Shown here piece by piece: positions 28,233 through 36,329 of a DNA stretch of 39,671 nt. The position numbers were made by a program, and so were the translations under genes. Numbering within the stretch: position 1 is the first letter of the stretch; every line of letters begins with the position of its first letter. The stretch covers positions 1-39,671 of the forward strand of contig JABDJT010000571.1 in NCBI GenBank assembly GCA_013003335.1, in the 5' to 3' direction. This DNA comes from Verrucomicrobiales bacterium. Lineage in GTDB: Bacteria > Verrucomicrobiota > Verrucomicrobiia > Verrucomicrobiales > DEV007. The notes below the pieces were generated by a model, which was not told the DNA's origin, made no database searches, and saw nothing but the letters and a program-made list of their open reading frames with translations.

Positions 28233-28289
28233 GACCGGGGGCGAATCAGGATTGATTCCATGATCGGATCCGGTAGCATCGGATCCGGA

Positions 28290-29837
28290 ATGAATCGCCA
28301 ATTTTTCTTAATTCTCGCCATTCTTTGCTCGACTGTTTTCGCACAAGCGACCGACCGCCCGAACATCCTGTTCATTTTCACCGACGACCAAACCCACCGT
28401 TCGGTTTCCTGTTACCCGGAAGCCCATCCCTGGGTGAATACGCCAAACATCGACGCGCTGGCGGAAAAGGGTGTCCGCTTCGCGAATGCCTACATCGGCT
28501 CGTGGTGCATGGCGGCAAGGGCGACGCTGCTCACAGGTCATCTTTCCTATGGGGTAAACTCAATGAAGATGTCGGAAGAAAAAGATTATCCGGCGAGCGA
28601 ATACGATCCGGAACAATGCCCGTTTTGGCCCTCCGTGTTTCGGAAAAACGGTTACCAGACCGCGCAGATCGGAAAATGGCACACGGGGACGGACAACGGA
28701 TTCGGGCGGGACTGGGATTACCAGATTGTCTGGAACCGTCCACAGTTCCCGGAAAATGCGGGAAATTATTTTTACGACCAACTGATCCAAAAAAACGGTT
28801 CGAAAGCCGAAATGGTGAAGGGCTATTCGACCGACAACTACACGAATTGGGCACTCGATTACATCAACGGTAAGGAAGGACGCGACCCGGACAAGCCGTG
28901 GTATCTGTGGCTGTGCTACGGCGCGGTCCACGGACCGTTCACCCCCGCAGAGCGGCACCTGGAAACGTATCCTGACGCGAAGATCAAGATTCCGGAGGAC
29001 ATCTATCCGCCCCGCGAAGGAAAGCCGAAATACTCTCGCGAGAAAGAGCAGTGGATCCCCGGGCCGGACGGTTTGCCCGTTTTGAAATCGGGAAAATTTT
29101 CCGGCAAAACCGTCGATGGCGCGGCGATTCACGGCACGGATATCCACTCAATCGCGCGGCAGTATCACCAGGGCGTGCTGGCGATCGATGAAGGCGTCGG
29201 ACAACTCGTCGAGGCATTGAAAAAGACCGGCCAATATGAAAATACGCTCGTCATTTTCGCCTCCGACCAGGGGATCGCCTGGGGACAAAAAGGATTTCAA
29301 ATTAAGCTCGCGCCCTACGATGGCACGATTCGCGGGCCGCTGATCGTGTCCATGCCTTCGAGATTTGAGTCTGGCAAGACCTGCGAAAAACCGGTCGGCG
29401 GAGCTGATCTCGTGCCGACAATTTTCACGGCCGCCGGGTTGGAGTTGCCGTGGGAAATGCACGGCCGCGATTTGACCCCGCTGCTGAAAGACCCGTCCGG
29501 CGGGGGCTGGGACACGAACCTGCTTTCCGCCCACACCGGCGTGTTTTACGGCTCGGACGAAGTCCCGGACATGAAAGTCGACATGATTTTCCGGAACCAA
29601 AGCGTGCCCTGGTGGATTTCTCTGCGGACGGATCGCTACAAATACATCCGCAATCTGCTCCCCGGCGAAGTTGAAGAACTCTACGACATGGAAAACGACC
29701 CCGAAGAAATCGTGAACCTCGCCATGCAGGACGAGCATCTCGAACTTGTGCGAAAATTACGCGCCGAGGCAATTGCGGAGCTGCGCCGGACGGATTGCAG
29801 ATTCGTCGACAACCTGCCGCCGGTGGCGAAGGAGTGA
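28290..29837 (+). CDS. Sulfatase (arylsulfatase family) with a non-canonical C-x-A-x-R maturation motif
   Basis: Signal peptide MNRQFFLILAILCSTVFAQA. PNILFIFTDDQ metal-binding block. Active-site region SWCMAARATLLTGH (28506-28520 encodes C-M-A-A-R). The ATG at 28290 is preferred over 28260. Confidence 0.85.
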   Translation: MNRQFFLILAILCSTVFAQATDRPNILFIFTDDQTHRSVSCYPEAHPWVNTPNIDALAEKGVRFANAYIGSWCMAARATLLTGHLSYGVNSMKMSEEKDYPASEYDPEQCPFWPSVFRKNGYQTAQIGKWHTGTDNGFGRDWDYQIVWNRPQFPENAGNYFYDQLIQKNGSKAEMVKGYSTDNYTNWALDYINGKEGRDPDKPWYLWLCYGAVHGPFTPAERHLETYPDAKIKIPEDIYPPREGKPKYSREKEQWIPGPDGLPVLKSGKFSGKTVDGAAIHGTDIHSIARQYHQGVLAIDEGVGQLVEALKKTGQYENTLVIFASDQGIAWGQKGFQIKLAPYDGTIRGPLIVSMPSRFESGKTCEKPVGGADLVPTIFTAAGLELPWEMHGRDLTPLLKDPSGGGWDTNLLSAHTGVFYGSDEVPDMKVDMIFRNQSVPWWISLRTDRYKYIRNLLPGEVEELYDMENDPEEIVNLAMQDEHLELVRKLRAEAIAELRRTDCRFVDNLPPVAKE

Positions 29838-29865
29838 CCCGCAACCGTGCCGTTGCCGTTTTGAA

Positions 29866-29900
29866 CGAACAGGGTACGTTCTTCGAACCAACCCTGTTTG
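29866..29900 (+). repeat. Palindromic intergenic element, copy 7
   Basis: CGAACAGGGTACGTTCTTCGAACCAACCCTGTTTG. Its 3' arm contains or abuts the TTG (29898) and GTG (29904) candidate start codons of the next gene. Confidence 0.8.
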
Positions 29901-32285
29901 ATCGTGATTCGCCTTCTCTTTCCCGCTCTCCTTTTCGCCGTATTTTTGTCTCCGCTGGAGGCGGGGTTGAAGAAAGACAAGTTGATCGCGATCGATGCGG
30001 CGATTCAGCGGGAGGTGAATGCAGGGCGGATTCCGGGCGGGGTGTTTCACCTCGAATCGAAGGGCGAAACGCACCGGGCTGTGTTCGGGTCGCGGGCGAA
30101 AACGCCGGCAGTCGAGGCGATGACGGAGGACACAATTTTCGATGCGGCCAGCCTGTCGAAGGTGATGTCGACCGCACCGTCGATCGTGCTGCTTCACGAG
30201 CGGGGATTGCTCGATGTGGATGCGAAAGTTTCCGAATACATTCCCGAATTCCTGGAGGGAGGCGTTCATGAAAAGCCGAAGGATTCGCGGGTGAAGGCGG
30301 AGGACCGGAAAAAAATCACGGTGAAACATTTGCTGACGCATCGGTCGGGCCTGCCGCCCGCGATTTCCTACCGGACGGAGAACTGGTGGGGCCATGAAAC
30401 GGGCATCCGGAAAGCAATTCTCGCCGGGCTGGTTGAGCCGCCGGATTCACGATTCCGCTACTCGGACACGAATTACATCGTCCTCGGCGAAATCGTGCGG
30501 CGAGTTTCGGGCAAACGGCTCGATGAATTCGCGGAGGAAAATCTGTTCGGCCCGCTGGAAATGACGAACACGGGGTATCGCACTTCGATGGATGCCGACC
30601 CGAAGATCGCTCCGACGACGCTGATCCCGCCCTATGGAATGGTTCGCGGTGAGGTGCACGATCCGGTCGCGCGGCGGATGCAGGGCGTTGCCGGCCACGC
30701 CGGAATTTTCACGACGGTCGATGATGTCGTCCGCTTCGCGCGGATGTTTGTGAACAAAGGCGAGCTCGACGGCGTCCGCGTTTTCAAAGAAGAGACGATC
30801 GATTTGATCACGCAAACGCACGTGCCGTCCTCGCTGAAAGTGAAACGGGGCCTCGGCTGGGACATCGATTCCGGCTTCGCCTACCAGCGCGGCGAGCGTT
30901 TTCCGAAAGGCGGATACGGCCATACCGGCTGGACCGGGACTTCCATCTGGATCGATCCGAAATCGGAGTCGTTCGTGATTTTTCTCGCGAACCGAAATCA
31001 CCCGACGGAAAAGGGCCGGATCAAGGATTTGCGGATCAAAATCGGCACGCTGGCCGGCGAGGCCGTCGGATATACCGAGAAAGTTCCGCTTTCCCGCACG
31101 GGTGATCCGGGCGACGCATCGGTGCAGACGGCTGCCGATCCGCCGGGCACGGTTTTGAACGGAATCGATACCTTGGCGAAGGATGATTTCGCCGCGCTGA
31201 AAGGCCTGAAAATCGGGCTGGTCACCAATCACACCGGCATCGACCGGAATCACCGATCCACGATCGATTTGCTCCATGAAGCGGCTTCTGTCGATCTCGT
31301 TGCGCTGTTTTCACCCGAGCACGGGATTCGCGGGAAGCTGGAAACCTCGAACGTCGATGACAGCAAGGACCCAAACACCGGGTTGCCAATTTTTTCCCTC
31401 TACAAAACGAAAAGCCGCAAGCCGACCGCCACGCAGTTGGCGGGCGTCGATGCCCTCGTTTTTGATATCCAGGATATCGGTTGCCGGTTTTACACCTACA
31501 TCTCGACGATGGGCAACTGCATGGAAGCCGCCGCGGATCACGGCAAAAAATTCATTGTGCTCGACCGGGTGAATCCAATCGGCGGCACGAAGGTCGACGG
31601 GCCCGTCCGGCTCGGCAATGGGAACAATTTCACGGCTTATCACGACATCTCTATTCAGCACGGAATGACCGTAGGCGAGTTGGCGAAAATGTTTCAGGTC
31701 GAGAAAAAATTGAAGCTCGATCTTGCTGTTGTGCCTGTGACCGGTTGGAAACGAGACATGCTGTTCGACGAAACCGGCCTGCCGTGGATCAACCCCTCGC
31801 CCAACATGCGCAACCTGACCGAGGCGATTCTGTATCCCGGCATAGGCCTGCTGGAATTCACCAACATCTCCGTCGGCCGCGGAACGCTCACTCCGTTCGA
31901 GTTGATTGGTGCGCCTTGGATCAGTGAAGGGGAACTGGCCAGTCGGTTGGAGGCGGCAAACCTGCCCGGAATTCGCTTCACCCCGATCCGGTTCACGCCC
32001 GATGCCAGCGTCTACAAGAACGAGGACTGCGGTGGCGTGCGTTTTACGGTGACGGATCGCGACGAACTGAACGCGCTCGACGTCGGAATCACCCTTGCAA
32101 TTACGCTGCACGATTTGTATCCGGAAACCTACAATCTCGAGGAAAAAGGCAATGTCCTACTTCGGCATCAACCGACTTTGAAAGCGCTGCTGAAGAAGGA
32201 GCTTCCGGAGAAAGTGCGGGAGGAATGGGAGCCGAGGCTCGGAAAATTCAAAGAACGCCGGAAGCAGTTCCTGATTTACGAATGA
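29898..32285 (+). CDS. Fusion protein: beta-lactamase-related serine hydrolase (AmiE-like) + DUF1343 / exo-beta-N-acetylmuramidase (NamZ)-like domain
   Basis: N-terminal half: signal peptide IRLLFPALLFAVFLSPLEA, SxxK (ASLSKV), YSDTNY and HTGWTGT. C-terminal half: GLVTNHTGID, LFSPEHGIRG, TGLPIFSLY, VFDIQDIGCRFYTYISTM, IVLDRVNPIGG and NPSPNM...YPG...GRGT, which match DUF1343 blocks as I recall them. The start may be the GTG at 29904. Confidence 0.8.
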   Translation: MIVIRLLFPALLFAVFLSPLEAGLKKDKLIAIDAAIQREVNAGRIPGGVFHLESKGETHRAVFGSRAKTPAVEAMTEDTIFDAASLSKVMSTAPSIVLLHERGLLDVDAKVSEYIPEFLEGGVHEKPKDSRVKAEDRKKITVKHLLTHRSGLPPAISYRTENWWGHETGIRKAILAGLVEPPDSRFRYSDTNYIVLGEIVRRVSGKRLDEFAEENLFGPLEMTNTGYRTSMDADPKIAPTTLIPPYGMVRGEVHDPVARRMQGVAGHAGIFTTVDDVVRFARMFVNKGELDGVRVFKEETIDLITQTHVPSSLKVKRGLGWDIDSGFAYQRGERFPKGGYGHTGWTGTSIWIDPKSESFVIFLANRNHPTEKGRIKDLRIKIGTLAGEAVGYTEKVPLSRTGDPGDASVQTAADPPGTVLNGIDTLAKDDFAALKGLKIGLVTNHTGIDRNHRSTIDLLHEAASVDLVALFSPEHGIRGKLETSNVDDSKDPNTGLPIFSLYKTKSRKPTATQLAGVDALVFDIQDIGCRFYTYISTMGNCMEAAADHGKKFIVLDRVNPIGGTKVDGPVRLGNGNNFTAYHDISIQHGMTVGELAKMFQVEKKLKLDLAVVPVTGWKRDMLFDETGLPWINPSPNMRNLTEAILYPGIGLLEFTNISVGRGTLTPFELIGAPWISEGELASRLEAANLPGIRFTPIRFTPDASVYKNEDCGGVRFTVTDRDELNALDVGITLAITLHDLYPETYNLEEKGNVLLRHQPTLKALLKKELPEKVREEWEPRLGKFKERRKQFLIYE

Positions 32286-32317
32286 ACAGGGTCGGTTCGA
32301 TGAACCAACCCTGTTGG
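32284..32317 (+). repeat. Palindromic intergenic element, copy 8
   Basis: GAACAGGGTCGGTTCGATGAACCAACCCTGTTGG. It overlaps the TGA stop (32283-32285) of the upstream gene and lies between convergent genes. Confidence 0.85.
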
Positions 32318-32348
32318 TTTATCGCAAGGCGACATTTGAAATCCAAAA

Positions 32349-32774
32349 CTACCGAACGACCCGAAGGTTGTGGAGACCGTGGGCTGTGACGCGGCTCTGT
32401 GTCAACGCAGCCATTTGATCGACGTAATTTTGCCACTGCATGGGCCGGAGAGCGAGCAGATCGGAATTTCCGCCGGTGTTCATATCGCAGATTTCCCAGC
32501 CAAACTCGGAATTCCGGCGACCGTAGTCCATCCGGTTGATCCACGCGCCGAATTCATCCTTCCGCCAGAGCTCGGGGTCATTTCCGACCACTTCTTCGGC
32601 ACACTGCCAAACTGAGTCAATCAACTCTCTCTCATACCCGCCAGCGGGAGAACCGAACTGGGTTTCGTCGGTGTTTTCCTGGCGTCCTGTCTCGTCTTCA
32701 CCGTCAGAATCTTGCGGCGAAGCGAAGTCATCGGATTGAAAATAGAGCGGATAGGGCATAATCAGGGCAGACAT
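32349..32774 (-). CDS. HNH-nuclease-like small protein with substituted catalytic residues (probable pseudo-nuclease), acidic N-terminus
   Basis: The block VWQCAEEVVGNDPELWRKDEFGAWINRMDYGRRNSEFGWEICDMNTGGNSDLLALRPMQWQN follows a pattern I recall from a small HNH family: WRKDxxGAxIxRxxYGxRxSxxGWEIDHIxPxxxGGxDxLxNLxPLxW. Here DH is replaced by CD and NL by AL. Confidence 0.55.
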   Translation of the reverse strand: MSALIMPYPLYFQSDDFASPQDSDGEDETGRQENTDETQFGSPAGGYERELIDSVWQCAEEVVGNDPELWRKDEFGAWINRMDYGRRNSEFGWEICDMNTGGNSDLLALRPMQWQNYVDQMAALTQSRVTAHGLHNLRVVR

Positions 32775-32831
32775 GATGGCATGTACGAACTATAATTTTG
32801 AATACTGTTCATAATGCCACAAAATTCGCAT

Positions 32832-32851
32832 CTGAAAACTGATTTTTTCAG
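32832..32851 (-). terminator. Weak AT-rich hairpin downstream of the ABC exporter gene
   Basis: CTGAAAA (32832-32838) pairs with TTTTCAG (32845-32851) around a 6-nt loop, inside a short AT-rich spacer that must also hold the promoter of the HNH-like gene. Confidence 0.2.
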
Positions 32852-32867
32852 ATTGCCGTCCAAAATC

Positions 32868-34775
32868 TTACTCCCCAGGAGTATTGAACTGCAAATTATA
32901 AAGTCGCTGATATTCCTCGCAGCGATCAATCAGATCGATGTGGGGGCCGACATCGAGCACGCGGCCTTCTTTCATCACCACTATTTCATCGGATTTCAAA
33001 ATCGTGGATAACCGGTGAGCGATCGCGATTACGGTTTTGCCCTTGGATAGCTCTTCGATCGCCTCCTGAATTTTTTTCTCGGACTCGGAATCAAGCGCTG
33101 AGGTTGCCTCGTCGAGCAGGAGAATCGGGGCATCCCGCAAAATTGCCCGGGCGATCGAGATCCGCTGCTGCTGGCCTCCGGACAGCGTGCAGCCTTTATC
33201 GCCGAGTTCGGTTTTGTAGCCTTTTTTCTGCTCGATGATGAATTCGTGAGCGTGGGCAAGCTTCGAGGCGCGTTCGACCTCCTCCTTCGTGGCGTCGAGT
33301 TTGCCGTAGAGGATGTTGTTGTAAATGGAGTCGTGAAACAGAAAGGTTTCCTGGCTGACCAGTCCAATTTGATCGCGGACAGAATCCTGGGTGTATTCCT
33401 TGATGTCGAGCCCGTCCATCCGAATGACGCCTTCCTGTGGATCGTAAAACCTCATCAGCAGGCTGAGAATCGTCGATTTCCCGGAACCGCTTTGCCCCAC
33501 GAGCGCGTAAGATTTTCCGGGATCGAATTTTAAACTCACGTCGATCACAGCCGGCGTGTTTTTCACATAGCTGAACGTCACATTCTCCAGTTCGATCGAG
33601 CCGTCGGCGTTTTCGAGCTTTTTTGCGTCCTCCTTGTCCTTAATATCCGGTTCGAGGTCGATGAATTCGAGTACTTTCGAGGTCGCCAGCAAGGTCTTTT
33701 GCAGCATCACCTGAATCCGGCTGAGGTGCTTGGCGTGCGGATACATGCGCATCAGCGCCATATTCAGCACGAGGAATTCGCCCGCGCTGATCTGCATGTG
33801 CCAGGCATAAACCAGCCCGATCGCCATGCCGAATGACGCGACTGTTTCCACCATCGGGCCGACGATTTCCATCGCTTTGGCCCATTTCATAATGAACGCA
33901 ATGATCGCCTCGCTGCCGCTGTTAAATCGTTTTCTCTCGTAATTTTCGCGCGCGTGACTTTTCACCACCCGGATCCCGGCAAACGCCTCCTGCATCGTGA
34001 CCATGATCATTCCGGCTGTCTCTTCCTCTTTTGCCCCGGCTTTCCGGACTTTTCGCGAAATCTGCACGACCGGCAGGATACAAAGCGGGAACACGATCAA
34101 AGCGCCAAGCGTGTACCACGGCTCCAGGAACAACAGCACGATCATGATCGTGATGATTGAAATCGGGTGCTTGATAAATGCCGAGATCAGTTCCGTACCC
34201 ACCATCGCCACGATCCGGGTCTGGTTAAACACGGTTTGCATCAGTTCTCCTTGCTTCGCCTTATTGTAAAACTTGAGTGACTGCCGCATTAGGTTTGAGA
34301 ATGTTTCGTCCCGAACCTGGTAAAGAATCCGGTTACTGACCCAGATCAGATAGTAGCGGTGCAGGTACTCGAACAAGCCGCGGATCAGCAGGAAAAGTGG
34401 AATCGTCAAGCAAACGACTGCGACAAAAATCCATTCGTTTTCCGGGTCCACCTCCGGGCGTTTGATTCGCCAGTCTTGAAGATACGGAATCTTGTCGAAG
34501 GGCCTGATGTACTCCGGCGGCGGCTTATTGGGGTCCGGCGGCAAGACGATCGTAAACACCGTCCGGATCAACAAAATCAGAAAGCCATTAAACAGACCCG
34601 CAATAACCCCGAACATCACGCTCAACCCGAACCGAAATTTGTGCGGGCGAATATAGTCAAAAATCCGACTGTACGGACCCTTCGCCGCCTTGATGAATTC
34701 GCCGGTCGACATGCCTGACAAGTCCTTGCGGCTGAATCGCTTCTTCTGCTTATGCTGTTTGCGGGAATTAGCCAT
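32868..34775 (-). CDS. ABC transporter, fused permease/ATP-binding exporter (MsbA-like)
   Basis: Six-helix TMD followed by an NBD with Walker A GQSGSGKST, signature LSGGQQQRISIARA and Walker B ILLLDEATSALD. There is a basic N-terminal extension, and an alternative start at 34712 (MSTGEF...). Confidence 0.9.
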   Translation of the reverse strand: MANSRKQHKQKKRFSRKDLSGMSTGEFIKAAKGPYSRIFDYIRPHKFRFGLSVMFGVIAGLFNGFLILLIRTVFTIVLPPDPNKPPPEYIRPFDKIPYLQDWRIKRPEVDPENEWIFVAVVCLTIPLFLLIRGLFEYLHRYYLIWVSNRILYQVRDETFSNLMRQSLKFYNKAKQGELMQTVFNQTRIVAMVGTELISAFIKHPISIITIMIVLLFLEPWYTLGALIVFPLCILPVVQISRKVRKAGAKEEETAGMIMVTMQEAFAGIRVVKSHARENYERKRFNSGSEAIIAFIMKWAKAMEIVGPMVETVASFGMAIGLVYAWHMQISAGEFLVLNMALMRMYPHAKHLSRIQVMLQKTLLATSKVLEFIDLEPDIKDKEDAKKLENADGSIELENVTFSYVKNTPAVIDVSLKFDPGKSYALVGQSGSGKSTILSLLMRFYDPQEGVIRMDGLDIKEYTQDSVRDQIGLVSQETFLFHDSIYNNILYGKLDATKEEVERASKLAHAHEFIIEQKKGYKTELGDKGCTLSGGQQQRISIARAILRDAPILLLDEATSALDSESEKKIQEAIEELSKGKTVIAIAHRLSTILKSDEIVVMKEGRVLDVGPHIDLIDRCEEYQRLYNLQFNTPGE

Positions 34776-34888
34776 GCCTCACAACCGAATCGGTCGCCCT
34801 TGCGGGGGTGGTAGAATCGTCATGTGTCACGGAAACGCGAGAGGTTTTCTTAGGAAAATCCGACCGTGGAGCACCTCAAAATCTCAAC

Positions 34889-35662
34889 CTACTCCTCCAA
34901 ATACTCCTTCCACTCCGGCGGCAGTGGGCACTCTTCAATCGAACTGAATAACCGGCCTTCAAACGGCGGATGGAATGTCGTGCTGGTTCCGTAAACCATG
35001 ATCACATTCTCCGAACTGGCACTGCGGAGCGCGTGCGCGACGCCCGCCGGAATCACCAGCCCGATATTGTTCGACCCGGGGAAATTATCGCCGTCGATCA
35101 GAAAACGCATCACCTTTCGCTGCATGCCGGCGCGTTCGTCGACCAGTAGAAATTCGACCATGCCCTGCACGAAAAACATCGCGTCCCACTGCTCCTCGCC
35201 GTAGGGACGGGCATCGTAATCCGTCGCTCCGGACGCTGTCGGATACAGATTCTGATTCCAGGTCGCCGGATCTTCGTCTTCCGGAATCGCCGGCGGATGG
35301 ATATGAAATCCTTTGGCTGTGTTCGCAAACATCGTCGCCGTTGCCCATTGCTGCGGATTCAAACCAATGTCGTGCAGGCGGCCTTCCGTCATTCGCGAAA
35401 ATTCGGCGAACCATCCGCGATGTCGTTGCTGGAAAACGCGGCGGGGGAAAATTTCCACACCGGGAATCCAGACGTCCTCCAGTCCTTCTTTCGGCCCGGG
35501 AGAATCGGTCGCAATTTCGCCTGCCTCGACCCCGACTGTTCCCAGCCGGGTCGCGAGTTCCGCTTTTTCGTAATTCCGCGTATCCAACGACTCGACGGTC
35601 CGTTCGTTCAGACCGCGCCACCGCTTGCGAAATTCGTCGTCCATGGGTGAATCTTCACTCAT
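34889..35662 (-). CDS. RmlC-like cupin (dTDP-4-dehydrorhamnose 3,5-epimerase family-like)
   Basis: HRGWFAEF, KGFHIHP, FFVQGMVEFLLVDER and LVIPAGVAHAL follow the order of the RmlC blocks (RGxFxE, GLH, KxVxVxxGxIxDVxVDxR, IPxGxAHG), with insertions. Confidence 0.6.
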   Translation of the reverse strand: MSEDSPMDDEFRKRWRGLNERTVESLDTRNYEKAELATRLGTVGVEAGEIATDSPGPKEGLEDVWIPGVEIFPRRVFQQRHRGWFAEFSRMTEGRLHDIGLNPQQWATATMFANTAKGFHIHPPAIPEDEDPATWNQNLYPTASGATDYDARPYGEEQWDAMFFVQGMVEFLLVDERAGMQRKVMRFLIDGDNFPGSNNIGLVIPAGVAHALRSASSENVIMVYGTSTTFHPPFEGRLFSSIEECPLPPEWKEYLEE

Positions 35663-35736
35663 TGCGAATCAGTTAAAACAGGAATCGGCTTTTAAAAAGG
35701 GGAAACATCCCTAAATTCCGGCACCCGATTCGAATC

Positions 35737-36270
35737 ATGCCCGCCGGAAAATCAGACTGGTACTGCGTCCGGACGAGACCCAAGTCCGAGCATCTCGCCG
35801 CCGCCCATCTCTCACGGATCGAAGATGTCGATACGTTCTGTCCGCGCATTCGCTTCGAAAAAGCCACCTCCCGCGGCCCCGCCTGGTTCGTGGAAGCCCT
35901 TTTCCCTGGCTATTTGTTCGCAAAATTCGAACTCGAAGAGAAACTTCGTCATGTCAACGGCACGCCAAACGTCACGGGTATTTTGCGCTTCGGGGACCTG
36001 TTTCCGACAATCGCGGAAAGCTTTCTCGACGAAATTCGATCAGAATTTCCGGCTGAGGAAGAGGAAACGAGAATCATTCAGCCCCGAATCTCCGAGGGTG
36101 ACGAGGTGGAAGTGGTTTCCGGACCCATGCGGGGGTTGAAAACGGTGGTCACCCGCCTGCTGCCAGCCCAGGAACGCGTGGCGATTCTGCTCGACTGGCT
36201 CGGTGAAGAACGCGAAGCCGAAGTGTCGCTGAAAACGGTCAAAAAACCGGGCGACGCTCGATCAACGTAA
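35737..36270 (+). CDS. Specialised NusG paralog (NGN + KOW; RfaH/UpxY/LoaP-like antiterminator)
   Basis: NGN start WYCVRTRPKSEHLAAAHL, plus FPGYLFAKF and a KOW-like GDEVEVVSGPMRGLKTVV. 177 aa with no N-terminal extension. Divergent from the cupin/ABC operon. Confidence 0.75.
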   Translation: MPAGKSDWYCVRTRPKSEHLAAAHLSRIEDVDTFCPRIRFEKATSRGPAWFVEALFPGYLFAKFELEEKLRHVNGTPNVTGILRFGDLFPTIAESFLDEIRSEFPAEEEETRIIQPRISEGDEVEVVSGPMRGLKTVVTRLLPAQERVAILLDWLGEEREAEVSLKTVKKPGDARST

Positions 36271-36271
36271 A

Positions 36272-36311
36272 ACGAACGGATCGAGTTGATTTGGCAGACG
36301 CCCCCTGTTGA
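36272..36311 (-). repeat. Palindromic intergenic element, copy 10 (degenerate)
   Basis: ...GATTTGGCAGACGCCCCCTGTTGA retains the TTTGGC..AGAC..CCCTGTTG part of the reverse-orientation consensus. The 5' arm has decayed (ACGAACGGATCGAG). Lies between convergent genes. Confidence 0.45.
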
Positions 36312-36329
36312 ATCGTTTCGGGCCCTGCG

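Noticed and set aside
27453-30395. Minus-strand ORFs 27453..28301, 28560..29147, 29148..29738, 29425..30177 and 29757..30395
   Set aside because: They are antisense to the metallophosphoesterase, sulfatase and serine-hydrolase genes and have no independent support.
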